A stretch of DNA of 64,000 nucleotides from Chiloscyllium plagiosum (lineage: Eukaryota): positions 52,041,085 through 52,105,084 of the forward strand of contig NC_057728.1 of assembly GCF_004010195.1 (NCBI RefSeq). Direction: 5' to 3'. Under the pieces are notes generated by a model. It worked only from the letters and a program-made list of their open reading frames with translations. It had not been told where the DNA came from and searched no databases. Numbering within the stretch: the stretch's first letter is position 1; each line of letters starts with the position of its first letter. Of the stretch, positions 1 to 13,933 are shown in pieces. The position numbers were made by a program, and so were the translations under genes.

Positions 1-1020
1 CAGTGAGGGGGAGGTCTGGGGGGATGGTGAAAACTCGGCAGGGCTGGTAGCTGGGATCTGGTGTGGGTGTAGAGCTGGGAGTGGGGTCGGAGCCAGTACC
101 AGGAGTGGGTGTGATGGTGGGGGGAATGGGGGTAGAGTCATGAGCAGGGGTAGTGTTCCCCTCGGGGTTCTGGGGGGTGGGGATAGTGACAGTGGGGTCT
201 GTGGGGGGCGTGTCAGCAGAATGCAGGTGAGTGGCGCTGGTGGAGGCGGAAGTGGTGGCAGACACGGCAGTAGGGGTGGCGGAAGTCACTGAGCGTGTGG
301 CATCGGCGATGATGTGAGGGGTGGAAGTGATGTCACGTGTGATGTATGAGAAATTGTGAGGGGCAGAAGTGGTTGTGGGGGCGGAAGTGACATCATTAAT
401 CAACGTGGGGGTGGCAGCTGCATGGCTAATGGAGTCCAAGTAGTTCCAGAGGACGGGGGAATCTTCTGGAATGTTTGAGGAGCGCTGGTTATGGAGGTGG
501 TTAGATAAAAGTTTGTTGTAACAGTTTTTGATGTTTGAGATGGAGTTGAAATACTGTTTGTTGAGAGTATGAATTCTCCTGAGGACGTAGTACAGAGTGG
601 GTCCTTTGCAATTCTGAGAGAATGTGGCCCTCAGCTGAGGCAGGGCTGACTGTAGAGAGGTTAGGTGCCGGCGCATTGCTGCAAGCATGGAGCGGAGGAT
701 CTTGAAGGAGAACTGTTGCTGGTGTTTTTGAATCTGTAGTCTGTGCTGTTTGTCCTGTTCGGGTCCAAACTCTGCTGGTTTAAAGGTGGTCTGGAGTCCG
801 TGTGGGATGAGTTGGTTACGGAGGCAGGCATTGAGGAAGCAAGTGTGGCTGTAGTAGCAGGTTTGTTTCAGGACATGGTTGAAGAGCTTCAGGGCAGAGG
901 AAATGACCTGGGAGTTGCAGTGGGAGAGAGACTCCCTGAGAGATTCTTGTAGAGAGAGGAGGAAAACTTCTTCAAGGCAGGCATCCTTGCAAGAGGATTC
1001 ACAGTAGGGTTAAAATCAAC
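1..1020 (-). mobile_element. Penelope-like retroelement (Neptune-type), 5' part of ORF, frameshifted; truncated by window edge
   Basis: The minus strand reads MPALKKFSSSLYKNL, then a frameshift, then ...KLFNHVLKQTCYYSHTCFLNACLRNQLIPHGLQTTFKP... (FLxxC-xxxx-LIPxGL motif of PLE N-termini). A Pro/Thr-rich stretch follows, ending PSYQPCRVFTIPPDLPLT. It abuts a pLTR-type repeat at 1025-1100. Confidence 0.7.
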
Positions 1021-1099
1021 TCGATAAAAACAATGACTGCTGATGCTGGAAACCAGATTTTGAATCAGTGGTGCTGGAAGAGCACAGCAGTTCAGGCAG

Positions 1100-1420
1100 C
1101 ACACCAATTGTTAAAGTTCACTTGAGAATGTAACTTTTAAACGTTCTGCGATTTACATATGAAAGAACTGAAACCAACATTTTAATTCTAAAAGACAAGC
1201 GACTCAACAAACAATCCAGGTCTTTTACAATATATAATTTCAGTTACATCACACTGTAAACTTTTACTATAAATTCTGTGTCTTATGATCTTATACTCCA
1301 CCTCCACCTGATGAAAGAGCAGTGCTCCAAAAGCTAGTGCTTCCCAATAAACCTGTTGGACTATAACCTGGTGTTGTGTGATTTTTAACTTTGTACACCC
1401 CAGTCCAACACTGACATCTT
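1100..1420 (+). mobile_element. Penelope-like element 3' terminal repeat carrying a degenerate hammerhead motif (1305-1339)
   Basis: Sequence is cac-CTGATGA-aagagc-agt-gctcc-AAAA-GCTA-gtg, followed by AATAAA. The GAAA core is mutated to AAAA. Confidence 0.55.
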
Positions 1421-1785
1421 CTTACAAGTGACCCATTGTGTATTAATAGCTTATTTTCACTTAAATCCAACAAATTTGAGCAGATAACGTTCAAATCGCT
1501 CCTCCAATGTCCATTCAATCAACCAGAAATACAGCTCCCAGAAAATCATTTAGTTAAGGTAGAAGTTTAATGAGGTCAGGATCTAAAGATCAAATATATA
1601 GAAAACCGGTTGCTGTAGAATGAATTGATCCACATGTGCGAATTCAAACTCAAGCTATTTATTTCCAAACACAGAGTTCTTTGCGAAGAACCCAATTTAC
1701 ATTTACTTACTTTCACTAAATACAAAAATGTACGATTTCAAATGACCACATATAGTGATAGCAGAGCAAACTTTTAAATCATTAC

Positions 1786-1894
1786 CTTGAATATTATTGC
1801 AATCGGGATGTCCTCTGACAGAGTATTGTGTCTCAGGTAGTACCTCCCTTGCTTCACAACCAGGTTTGTTCTACTTTTCTTCTCATGAGTAGAG
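1786..1894 (-). CDS. POLR3B: RNA polymerase III subunit RPC2, coding exon 9
   Basis: Translates (S)[40 protein letters not shown] flanks, 109 nt, phase continues from exon 8. Confidence 0.96.
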
Positions 1895-3500
1895 CTGCAA
1901 ATTGAGTAGAGTTCGGTTACTAATTGTTGTTAGGTGTTATATAAGCTAGCAGAGAAGATGAAGGCTGTACAATAACGAACTTTACTTGGATGGTCAACAA
2001 TTGGTTTTAACATTTTCATCTATAGATCAGTATTCTGACATACGAGGTGAAAAACGTCAGCTGAGAGTCCATCACTCTTAAAGTGCCTCGACAAGGTAAA
2101 AGTATCTACTCAAGACAGTTGTTCTTTTAAACAGTCCACACGTTCCATTGTGCATAATCAATGATTAAAAAATATGCATTTGCACTAAAAAGGCACAAGA
2201 CTCCCAAATGTAATCATTTGACTCAATTCTGGCTTTATTTGAAATAAGCCCAAAATCTATTTCATCTTAAAGATGTTTTCCCTCAATTATGTTCAAACTG
2301 GAGTTTATTGCATTTAGAACAACCAAACCCACACTGAGTGCCCAAAATCCTCAACAAAGATAAAAGCATCTCAAAACATGCATGATGAACATCAAACCTT
2401 GGCGATATCTGCATTTTATATTATTGTGGCGACAAAGGAAATGAACTGCTTTCTGTTTGGGAAATCAGCATTAAGGATCAAACATTCCTGGGTCAGAATT
2501 GTACATCGCAAGACACAAAATAAACCTCCCACTTACTCGACCCCAAAATACATCTTGTCGCACTCCTGCTATACAATGTGGGAGAAGTAGACCATCTACT
2601 TTTCAGACCCGCTCCGCCATTCAATAAAATCAGAGCTGATCTGTTTGTGTTCAAGATTCCACATTCCCACCTGTTAACCTCACTACTTTAGCACATTGGA
2701 AATCAAATCCAACTATTCCCAGAATCACTACAAATGTTAAAAGGTTTTTACAAAGTACACAAAATTCCCCATTTTAACTGTCTTTTATACCCAGGTTTAT
2801 GCATCAACAGACACTTCTACTTATTACAAATAGGGCTTTGTTGCAGCTAAACGTTTATGACCCATCAACACATACCTCTACTAGTCAAAATTCTAACTCA
2901 CACATACAACTCCCTTTGCACATATAAAAAGAAAACAACTTAGGATATGGGTGAAAGGAAAATGAGGAAATAGTTCAGGTTTGATCAAAAACACAAATTC
3001 TTTTTATTTTTAATCAGTTTCACTGCTGGGTTAGATGGTCTCATTTTCCTTGATCGATGCTATTTTACTTATTTTAAAGAAGTTTTTATCTATGGATGGA
3101 ACTACAAAACCAATCAGGCAGGTTAATAGTGATAATATATTATGTAAGATGGAATAAGTAATTTGAAAGAATATTTACATTGTGCTGCAAAGCTGTCCTC
3201 AATTCAGTTTATATGCAGTCTTCAGTCTTAATTCAGTTTTACTATTTCACATTAAATAAGCTTGCACTTTTAAATGTTGTGAACTATTGTAGAAATTGTG
3301 CATGGTTGAAGTTTTAAATCCAAAACAAGAATGGCTTGACTATGTTAGAAAAGGATTAGGTAAATATACGGTATCCATAGTTCTAACAGTGCACACTACT
3401 TAAGTGTGCTTAAACGTAAGCATCAACATTTCTAACAAATTAATTCTGGAATACTGTAAATTGTCAAAATCCCATGCTTCAAAGACTCCAGATTTAGTCA

Positions 3501-3725
<225 letters not shown>

Positions 3726-5681
3726 TTATTCTAACAAAGGTACCAATTATCTCCAAACCGATATATTCCTTTCTTCATTTATCAGTGTATTCAGTATCTA
3801 CTGTCACACCTCACTGGGGTAGCATGCTCGGAATCATCATAAAGTTTAAAGATTTTACAAACTTTGCATAATTCTCTAATTTACCCATCTTTTAGATCCT
3901 GGTCAGCTTTTTACACCTAACAAGGGTTACTGTTTATTATAAAAAAATTACAATCTAACTACAGACAATGAATTGTCAACATATAACTGCTAGCTTTAAA
4001 ATTCTAAGTTCCCAGACAGATAGACAGAAAAGAAGAATGGGTGGAGGGAAAGACTGGGGAAGTTCAGTGATCCCTGTTCAAAGAGTTTGCCAAGATGATT
4101 CTTGTGCTGATTTGAATACTACCTCTCAATCTTCCTTCACTTGTTTGCTTGAGGCACAGAGTGACTGATTCACACTTATGAAGCTCTTTGACCTATCAAA
4201 GGTCATAGCTGACAAGGGAAATTAAACTAGCTTCCTTCAGGCTTGTGGGGCTTTTTACTGCACAGCCAAAGCAGCTCCTTCTCTTCAGAGGTTTGACAGT
4301 GTCTCCCTCAAACATTCACACCCCCAAGTTGTTCAGTTGGCCGGGAGTCAATAACAGTTGTTGACAGGGTAGAAGGCCTTGATCATCAATAACTGGTCAC
4401 TCATCCGCAGACCAATCAGCTTTTTTGTTGCCACTCAAAGCTCCATTCATATACAGCCCCTTGGATTCAGCTCATCTGAAACAAGGTTTCAACTTCTTAC
4501 ACAACAGCTGTGCAAACAGCACTTTGCAATGCATCAGGTAACTTGCTTTTTTAAAAAAAAATCTTTGGATGGTTTTTTTTTTAAAAAGACAGTTTTTCCC
4601 CATTTCAGTCCACAAGAAACAGCTAAGTCACAACCTTTAACTATTGCCGTCTTTAAGAACAGGGAATTCTCTCAGTTTACAGACCAACAGCACCAAAAGC
4701 AGACTGACGACCGCTCATTCTACTGCTGGAACCTTGTTTGCCATCTTGGCCTAAACAAATGAAAATAATTCATTGATTTAGTTCACTAACACCTTTAATA
4801 TCCGTGATTAGTTTCACAATTACATGAAATTTCTGCATGGTTCTGAAAAATGTGTCAAAGCAAGCGCTGATTTTCTGTTGATTAGTATTTTTGAGGTAGC
4901 AAAAGCAAATAATTTATTCACAAATTTAACTTCAGTCACATTTATCAAAACCCTCTTCAGTTCCTCTTCACTTTCAGGACACTCATCTCTACATATAATC
5001 TGTTTTCCTTTAGATCTTCAGTACATTGTTAGTCACAGAAACATAGAAAATAGGTGCAGCAGTAGACCATTTGACCCTTCGAGCCTGCATCACCATTTGA
5101 CATGATCAGGCTGATCATACAATTTCAGTGACCCATTCCCACTTTCTCTCCATTGCAGGGGCCACATCCAGCTCCCTCTTGAACATATCTAATTAACTGA
5201 CCCCAACAGCTTCCAGAGGGAAAATTCCACAGGTTCACAATGGAGTAAAGAAATTCTTTCTTATCTCAGTCCTGAATGGCTTCCCGCTTACTCAGACTAA
5301 ATCTAGCTCATTGCTGACTAAATATTTCTCTCCTCAAGTCCATCATTTTTCAAACTACAATCTCTAACCTTCTCAGACTCCCTGTCCTCCTGAAAATTCA
5401 CCAGTCATAGTATTTGATCACCACTACTAACATCACCTTTTTTGGTTTTGGTCCATTTTTCTCATCTCTGTAAAAGCCTCAAGACATTTTCCAGGTAAAG
5501 GGCATTGAAGAAACACAAGTTATTGTTGTTTATATATTTTGGCCTGATTCAATTGGATAGTAATTAACAGCTACTACTTTGTAAAAAAAAAACACAAACA
5601 CAGATAAATGTTTGAATTTCAGATTTCTGGGATTAAGCAGTTACTTACAGTATGACAAGGACCCAAAGGAGTAACTGTTAT

Positions 5682-5990
5682 AGATTAGATTAGATTACTT
5701 ACAGTGTGGAAACAGGCCCTTCGGCCCAACAAGTCCACACCGACCCGCCGAAGCGCAACCCACCCATTCCCCTACATTTACCCCTTTACCTAACACTACG
5801 GGCAATTTAGCATGGCCAATTCACCTGACCTGCACATCTTTGTGACTGTGGGAGGAAACCGGAGCACCCGGAGGAAACCCACGCAGACACGGGGAGAATG
5901 TGCAAACCCCACACAGTCAGTCTCCTGAGGCAGGAATTGAACCTGGGTCTCTGGCGCTGTGAGGCAGCAGTGCTAACCACTGTGCCACCC
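5682..5990 (-). mobile_element. tRNA-derived V-SINE (HE1-like)
   Basis: Minus strand has a Pol III A/B-box head (GGCACAGTGGTTAGC...GGTTCAATTCC), the V-domain TGCGTGGGTTTCCTCCGGGTGCTCCGGTTTCCTCCCAC, a CR1-like 3' end and a (TCTAA)n tail. Confidence 0.85.
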
Positions 5991-6189
5991 ACATCGTTGG
6001 CCACTTGAACTTGTGCCTGTCTCAGACTTTTGTTAAAGCTAATTAGTTAGCTTTTTTTAATAAATTCACTCATGGGACATGAGCATCACTGGCCAGCATT
6101 TATTGCCCATCCTTAGTTGCCTTTGCTGTTTCCAATTGCCCTGCAAAACATCCAAGTGTATATCAAAGTCCATTCTGAAGGTTGATAAT

Positions 6190-6665
6190 GAATCTCAGGA
6201 GGTTGATCCCAGATATGGAGGGATATTCTTATGAGGAAAGGTTAAATAGATTGGACCCGTACTTGTTGTGGTTTAGACAAGCTTTGAGAGGAAATCTTAT
6301 TGAAACATACAAGATTCTCATGGGGTTGATAGGGTAGATGTTTCCCCAATGTTGGGCAGTCGAGGACCAGAGAATATAGTAATCCCAGAATAAGGCGTCA
6401 CCCAGTTAAAATAAAGAGGAATTTCATCGGAGGGTGGTAAATCTGTGGAATTCTTTACCACAGAGGGTTGCAGAGACTGAGTCATTATGCATATTGAGGT
6501 CTGGGATGGACACATTTTTAATCAGAAAGGGAAACAGAGGTAAATGGTAAAAGGCACGAGATGGAGTTGAGGATTTTCAGATCAGCTGTTATTTCATTGA
6601 ATGGCAGCGCAGCCTCAGCGGACCAATGGCTTACCTCGGAGTTACCTTCCAACATTTTATGATCT
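6190..6665 (+). mobile_element. CR1 LINE 3' fragment (degraded)
   Basis: Degraded end of the RT ORF (SYEERL..LG..L..RGNLIETYKIL) plus CR1-type 3' UTR. Confidence 0.7.
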
Positions 6666-7067
6666 TAATTAATCTATTTTCACCAGCTCTTCAAGCATGG
6701 CATTTCAGATTATAACTACTTGCAGCATAAAGGAAACCTCCTTATTTGTTCATGATTCTGAACATCTCTATAAAATCTCTTAACTTTCTCTGCTGGAAGG
6801 AAAATAATTGAAACCTTCATCCTTGGTAAATTTCCATTCACTATCTCCAAAGCCTTAATATTCTCAAAATGTGATGTTCAGTGTTGAATACAGTACTCCA
6901 GTTTACAAGAGGTCCTCAAAACATCCTTCACCTTCTACATAATGACTCAATATGAAGCCAAGTACCTTTGTACTGGACTGACAGGCAGGCAGTAGTAACC
7001 CAAACATGGTTCATCTTCTACCTTAACTCCTCTTTGCCACACAGTCCCCTCTTCCCTGAGAGCCCAA

Positions 7068-7282
7068 ACCCGAGCGCGGACAGCTGGAACTGACAACCGG
7101 AAGTGGCAGAGACAAACCACTATAAATGCCGGAGAAAACAACACAGAAGCGCTTCACAGGAGGCTCCCAAGCACTGAGGATGTCACCTAGACAGGGGACG
7201 AAACGCCTGCAACACAAATTCCCAGCTCGGGAAACAGAACATAATGAGCACCCGAGCTACAAATCTTCTCACAAACTTTGAG
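7068..7282 (+). mobile_element. Penelope-like element pseudo-LTR fragment with hammerhead motif (7171-7210)
   Basis: Near-identical to the reverse complement of 26940-27110 and to 27963-27997. Contains gca-CTGAGGA-tgtcacctagacaggggac-GAAAC-GCC-tgc. Confidence 0.8.
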
Positions 7283-7616
7283 AGCCGAAAAACCTATTGC
7301 CCTCTGTCCTGAACATAAGCAACAACAGCACCCACAACTAAGGTAGAGAGTGTTCCCAAAGTTCACAGTCCATTAAATGAGACTTTCTCAGCTCATCCTC
7401 AAATAGTTGACCCCTCATTCTGAGATTGCAGTCTTGTGCTCTAGATTTCCCAGTGAAAGGAAATATTTTCTTAGCCTCTAGCCTGTCAATCTCTAAGAAA
7501 TTCATATTTTTCAATCACTTCTATTTCTTCTACAATCGTAGGAACCTATTATAAATGAATGGGATTCAGAGTTTCAGAATCTCAAATGAAAGGTCCAGTT
7601 ATACAGGTCATCACTA

Positions 7617-7736
<120 letters not shown>

Positions 7737-7800
7737 TTAGCACAAGACAATAAAGAAAAAAATCCAAAACAGATAAAGCTTTAAATTGACTTGCTTATTA

Positions 7801-7902
<102 letters not shown>

Positions 7903-8769
7903 CTAAACATAGAAATTACATATACTCATCAATTACTCATTTATTTGTTTTAAGAAAACAGTTAACAACTGGCTACAAATCAAAGTAATACTTGAAGTGT
8001 AGAAACAGATTTGTGTGATAATTGTTCGTTATATTAACACTTGTTAATTGCAATGATACTGCTGAACTGAACAGAACAGAATGGTTAATCAAAACAAACT
8101 GTCAAAATCAGTGCCAGTTGATTAACAGAACATCTCCTGTGGCTAAGCCAATGGAAGATAACTTGGGAATATATTAACTAATCGGACCAAGCACCCAAAT
8201 AAACAATCCGCATTGAAAAGATGACTGCATTTTAGTGCTTTCAAACATTGGGATTTACAGAGAATGCAAAAAAAGCCCAACACAATGCTCAGGAAAGGTG
8301 ACAGCAGACATTTGTCAATGGGAACTGCTCAAGGAAAATACTTATTGACAGAAGAAGTCTCAGTGAACCAAATAAGATCTCAGTCAAAGACTCCTTAAAA
8401 AAAACTACAGTTGACCACCTGAGAGGCAACAGGATGATTTAATTGATACAGATTTCATTAAAATTCTCAATACAGTAGGATTTAGAGCAAGATTTTGATT
8501 GAACTTGGGCTATATAGGTCTTCACACACAAACTTCTTTTCCCCCTTTGAAGAACAGTTGGGAAGCAGTAATAGGATTCAAGGCTGATAATCAGCCTGTT
8601 GAACAACTTCATGAAAGCTCCTTTCCGAGCCATCACGTCCTGGAGTGGGACTTGAACACAGAGCTGCTAATCCAGAGGTAGGAATGCTATCCACTACACC
8701 ACAAGAGTTCCTACATTATAAGCAATAAGAAATCACAACACTCTCATTGAGAAGAATTTTGGAGGGTAC

Positions 8770-8845
8770 CTCATGTGGAGCAACAGGTCTGGTTACGTTG
8801 AAGCTTTCTTCAACATCTGGCACTCCAACATAAATATTCAGGTAT
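8770..8845 (-). CDS. POLR3B: RNA polymerase III subunit RPC2, coding exon 5
   Basis: Translates (K)[29 protein letters not shown] flanks, 76 nt. Confidence 0.97.
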
Positions 8846-10904
8846 CTGCAACAAACAAATCCTTATTCAAAGAAGCATACCAGTAATGAAGCTAAACTTG
8901 TGACAAGCCTATTCTGTCATCCCAGGTGGATGCAAACGGTCTTATGGCCCCATTTTGACGACAATAGGACTTATTGTGTGTCCACCGCAGATTATCTGAA
9001 CAAGTTATATAATCACAGATATAGGAGCTCATAGAACACAAACTGACTGTTCCAGTCCTGACAACGACATTTCAAGGAGTAATTAAGACATGTACTCAAA
9101 GTGCTTTTCACAACCACCAGACAACTGTTTTACAGCCACTGAAATACTCTTGAACTACTCCGAGTTGACCATAATCCATACTGAGGTCACGAGAGTCATT
9201 ACATAAATGCAATTTCATGTTAAAACAATGATTAATACGATCCTGTAAGAGGCAATAAGAAAATATTCTTACACAGTATTTTTTGAAAACACTGACAGGC
9301 AAGTGGCAAAACTGATCAAACGAGTGACTCTATACTATGAAACCTGACTTGAAATGTTACAGCATTCCACCCTTGTTAACTTGCACATTCTAAAAATGCC
9401 TAGCATGAATGTCTCTTTTTTTTCTAAATAGAACAAACTGGTTCTCAAACTGGAGCCCACTGAGCTTTTCCACAATGGGAGGGTATGAAATGATTGTTCC
9501 AGGAGCGACAGACAGGTAAAATCAGGGGTAGTGGGGGTACAAAGAAAGGCAAATTGTCTGCTTTGTGCAACTTCATGACAGTTGGGAGGCATCCTGCACA
9601 TGTAGCTGGCACAATGTTTCTCATAATTCCCAAATATTCAGCCTCCTGATGGTGATGGCTTCCTGGTCCATTGTGCTTTTCAGCAATGGGTTTCATATTT
9701 CTTTTAAGCAGGAGCAAGCAGAGTGATTGGACTAGTGATCCAGAGTCCTAGGCTAATGCTGGGTTTAAATCCCATCATGTTTGCTGGTGGAGTTTACATT
9801 AAATGAGCAGGTCTGGAACAAAAAGCTAGCCTCAATAACCGTGACCATGGAATTGTCAAAACAATAAAATCTGGTTTTATGCACATTCTGTCGAGAAAAC
9901 AATCTCCCACTCTTATCTGGTTTGGCTTACATGTGTTTCCAGACCCACAAAAACAGTTCTGAAGTGGAGTCATATCAGACTCAAAATGTTAGCTCTGTTT
10001 CTCTCCACAGATGCTGCCAGATTTGCTGAGCTTTTCCAGCACTTTATTTTTATTTACCACAAAGGAGTGATGGACTTTTAATTGCTGTCTGAAATGGCCA
10101 GAGCAAACCACTCTGTTAAAGGGCAGTTAAAGATGAGCAACAAACGCTGGTGTTGCGTTGATGCTCATATTCCATGAAAAAACAGAAAGGAGAGGGGAGA
10201 TGGGAGACCAGCTATTGCTGTGAAGTCAGAGTGCATTTAATTTAGCCCCAGTGATATGTGCTCTTATGACACTGCATTGTCTGTTCAATATTTGCAGCAT
10301 TTTTGTTTATATTAATTTCATGTTCATCTGAATCATAGAATGATGACAGCACAACGAGAGGTCTTCAGCTTAGTGAGATTTGTTGACTCTCTGCAGGAGC
10401 AGCTCACAAGGAGAACTCCCCTGCTCTCTCTCTGAAAAGTGAAGTGCAATCTTATCCATTCACTTTAGATAGCAGATGGGATTTGGGTTTAATATCTCGA
10501 ATGAAAGATGGGATCTCCAATACCACATCACTGTACATGACAGCCTGAATATTGCACCCAAACTATCCAACTTAGAGGTGACAATGTTGCCCATTGAGAA
10601 ACTGCTGACACTTTGACACAGGACTGAGGTGGAAAAGCTCAGCATGGCAATGATAAGCTGATTAACCCAACTAACCAAGAGTGTTGGTGGTTCAGTGATT
10701 CTGTCACTGGATCAGTATTCCAGAGATCCAGAGGGAAGCCTGTAAAACCAGCCACATTGCTGGGATGGATTTAAGATAGCTGGGGGTGGATCTGGAGAGA
10801 AATAGATCTGGAATACAGACTCAAATAAATTGATGTGAAGGCACTGGGGAAAGTGCAGAAGGGATTTAGGATGAGGAAATTCAGTCATGAAGACCAATTG
10901 CAGT

Positions 10905-11125
10905 GGGCAGCTGGGTGTTAAGTGGTGAGCATCACAGCGCCAGGAACCGAGGTTCGAGTCCAGCCTTGGCTGGCTGACTGTGTGGAATTTGCATATTCGC
11001 CCCATATCTGTGCGAGTTTCCACTTGGTGCTCCGGTTTCCTCCTACAGTTCAAAGATGTGCCAGTTAGGTGGATTGGCCATACTAAATTGCCCTATAAGG
11101 TTCAGAGCTGTGCAGGTTAGATGCA
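10905..11125 (+). mobile_element. Diverged V-SINE (HE1-like), followed by CR1 3' tail to about 11305
   Basis: B-box GGTTCGAGTCC and V-domain remnant GGTGCTCCGGTTTCCTCCTACAG. Confidence 0.7.
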
Positions 11126-11793
11126 TCATTAAGGCTATTCAAGGCGGAGATAGATATATTTCTAACAGTTAAGGGAATCAAGGATTATGGGGATAAGGCT
11201 GGAAAGTGGAGTTGAGGGTCATCGCGTAAGCCATAATCTCATTGAATGGTAGTGTAGACTCAATGGACCCAATGACTTACTTCTGCTCCTACGTCTTATG
11301 GATTTCAAAGGAGAAAATGTTCTTACTTGAGAAAGGATCAGAACAAGATGTCTAACATTTAAAGTAATTTGTAAAAGTAATGACACTGATACAAAGAAAA
11401 GCTATTTCATGCAGTTGTTAGTGTCCAGACTGCAATGTCAAAGAATGTGGTGGTGGTAGGTACAATGGCGACCTTTAAAAGTCAACTAGAGGTTAATTTG
11501 AAAAGAAACGATATGCATGGTTACTGGGAGATGGTAAGACAATAGTTCCAAGTGATGATCACTGAAAGAGCTGGTGGCGACATGATGAACTGAACAGACC
11601 TTCTTTCCTCCCTGTATTAGTTCTGTGAAAATCTTTCAGGACGTCAAACTCTCATCTAATTCACTACAACCTATGACAAAAGGAATCAGCTGTCCCACAT
11701 GCAGCAATGCAACTGACCTTTAACAACTCATTCTACAAGTAAAAGTCACCATCGTTGGAGAAAAGAGAAAGAAAATCAGCCCTCAGCACTTAC

Positions 11794-11858
11794 TTTAAAT
11801 ACCACATAGGATCAGCATCACTGGTCACCTTCTCATTGGCTTTCATAATCTTCTTAAT
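11794..11858 (-). CDS. POLR3B: RNA polymerase III subunit RPC2, coding exon 4
   Basis: Translates IKKIMKANEKVTSDADPMWYL(K). AG/GTAAGT flanks, 65 nt. Confidence 0.97.
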
Positions 11859-11951
11859 CTACGGAGAAAGCAGACTAGACAGTGAACAGAACAAGTGGCA
11901 CAGTATGAGGCAGAGGAGCAGAATTAAACTGAGCATCACTAACATTCCTAC

Positions 11952-12008
11952 CTCGACATTTATGAAGTAGTTGAATGAGTCAATGTGCTGCTTCACCAGG
12001 CCTTTGAC
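11952..12008 (-). CDS. POLR3B: RNA polymerase III subunit RPC2, coding exon 3
   Basis: Translates [23 protein letters not shown] flanks, 57 nt. Confidence 0.97.
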
Positions 12009-13900
12009 CTGCAAGGAACAAAGAAACATACGTAATACTCATTTACCACAGAAACCCATGAAGTAATTAAAATAGTAAATCAAGCACACCAAGTGGGTCA
12101 ACATAGGCAGAAAGCTTCCAAAGTAAAGTGAAGGAGTTATTAGAACGTCAAATGAATTGCCACAAGGGACTGTTTAGGCAGACACTACTTAATTTAAAAA
12201 GAGAATTAGATAAGAATGACAGAAGGATACAGGAAAAATCCCATGAAGGGAATAGGCAAGTCTGTGTAGAGAACTAGCACAGGGACAATGGGCTGAATGG
12301 CTTCCTTCTGCATTGTGGACCTGCACCTCAACTCATCAGACAATTAGCAATTTTTTAAAAAGTAAGTTTACTTTATAAACAGAAGGCTATTCGGCCCGAA
12401 AAACCATTTCTATCGGATCATGACCGATCTGCACCTTTACTCCATGTACCTGGCTTTGACTCACGTTCTAACAATAAACTTCAACTCATTTCAATTTTGA
12501 AAATCTCCCTGTAATACATGGTATCCATCTCTAATTTTTTTTTGAAGGGAGAAGAAGAGAAGAGAAAAAAAGGAAGGAAAAAGGAGTTTCAGATTTCCAC
12601 TACCCTTCGTCACAGCTTACTGGCATAGCACAAGTCACACAAGTTAATGATTTTGAATAATTACACAAAATTCCCCAATCTACCCGATTTTCAAACATAG
12701 ATCAAGAGAAAGCTCAGACTAGGTTTCTGTACTTAAGAGTTACTATTTACTACAAGCAATTAGACTCTAGCTACAGGCAGTTATAACTATTGTCATACAA
12801 CACTACAATTTAACCTCCCCCTTTCTCTCTCAGACATACAAATGGGAAAAAATAGATAATGAGTGAAGGAAAGCTAGAAGGCAGGTCAGTAGTTTTTAAT
12901 TCAAGGATTACGGAGATGATCCTTATGATTATGTTGTTCAGAAAGATACTTTCAGTCACCTTTCTCTTGATGCTTCCAGCGGTTTGTAAGAGACACAAGA
13001 TGGCTAATTCACTTACAAAAGGTTTCTGACACATCAGTTAAAAGTCACAGCTTAAGACAACTGCTGATGTAAAGATGAACTGATTTTATCCAGGTTTAAA
13101 ATGGGTTTGACTGCAGAGAACAGAGAGACAGTTTCTGAGCTAATTGAGATCAGAACATTTCCCTCTATCTTGGTCCCAGGCCCAAGTTGTCCAGTTACCT
13201 GAGAACGTATCACACAGTGTTGACAAGCAAAAGGCTTTTGTGATCAATAACTGGTTGTTAGCCCACAGACCAACCAACTTCTTGTTGACACCTAGGTGGA
13301 TCTGTACACAGAACCTCTCCAAATCATCTGCAACCACTTCAATTACTGCTTGTTCAAACAGCTATTTATCTGCTGCTTGCTGTAAGTGGGTCATTTGTTT
13401 TTCAAAACATGCAGAAATCCTTTAAACTCTGCTTTTAATACAGTTCTCATTCCAGTCCATCGTTTTAACAGCACCAAATCAAACACTCTTGTACGGCCCA
13501 GCTAATTCTGAAGGTTACACCTCCATTAAAAGAATGGGCTCTCTCTGCCAAAAGCATTTTAAACAACTTGATCAGATCATCTTTCATCTTCTAAACTTGT
13601 GGAAATACAAGGATCTTCAAGCAATCCTCTCAATTTTCAGCTGATAGTGTTCTGGTGGATCTCCACCTCAACATGAACAAGAGGCCACAGTTTGCTCAGC
13701 TGTTCAGTTATACCCAAAAGCCCAGTTACATTTGCATCTGAACTCTGATAGCAACTTCGGGCGACACACCAATTTGCATTGTAAGTTTGACCTTTGATCT
13801 GTGGGCTGAATAGAATTGCTCATTTCCATAAAAGTAAACATTGCAAGTGCTATCATTCCCCTGACCAAAACATGAAAACAAATGAGAAAAACTCCATTAC

Positions 13901-13933
13901 CTTCAGAAAAGCAGGAAGCAGCTTCCATTTTTC
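13901..13933 (-). CDS. POLR3B: RNA polymerase III subunit RPC2, coding exon 2
   Basis: Translates EKWKLLPAFLK. AG/GTAAT flanks, 33 nt. Confidence 0.95.

Noticed and set aside
2380-2480. Intronic C/D-box snoRNA (ATGATGA box C)
   Set aside because: No box D (CTGA) or terminal stem at a suitable distance.
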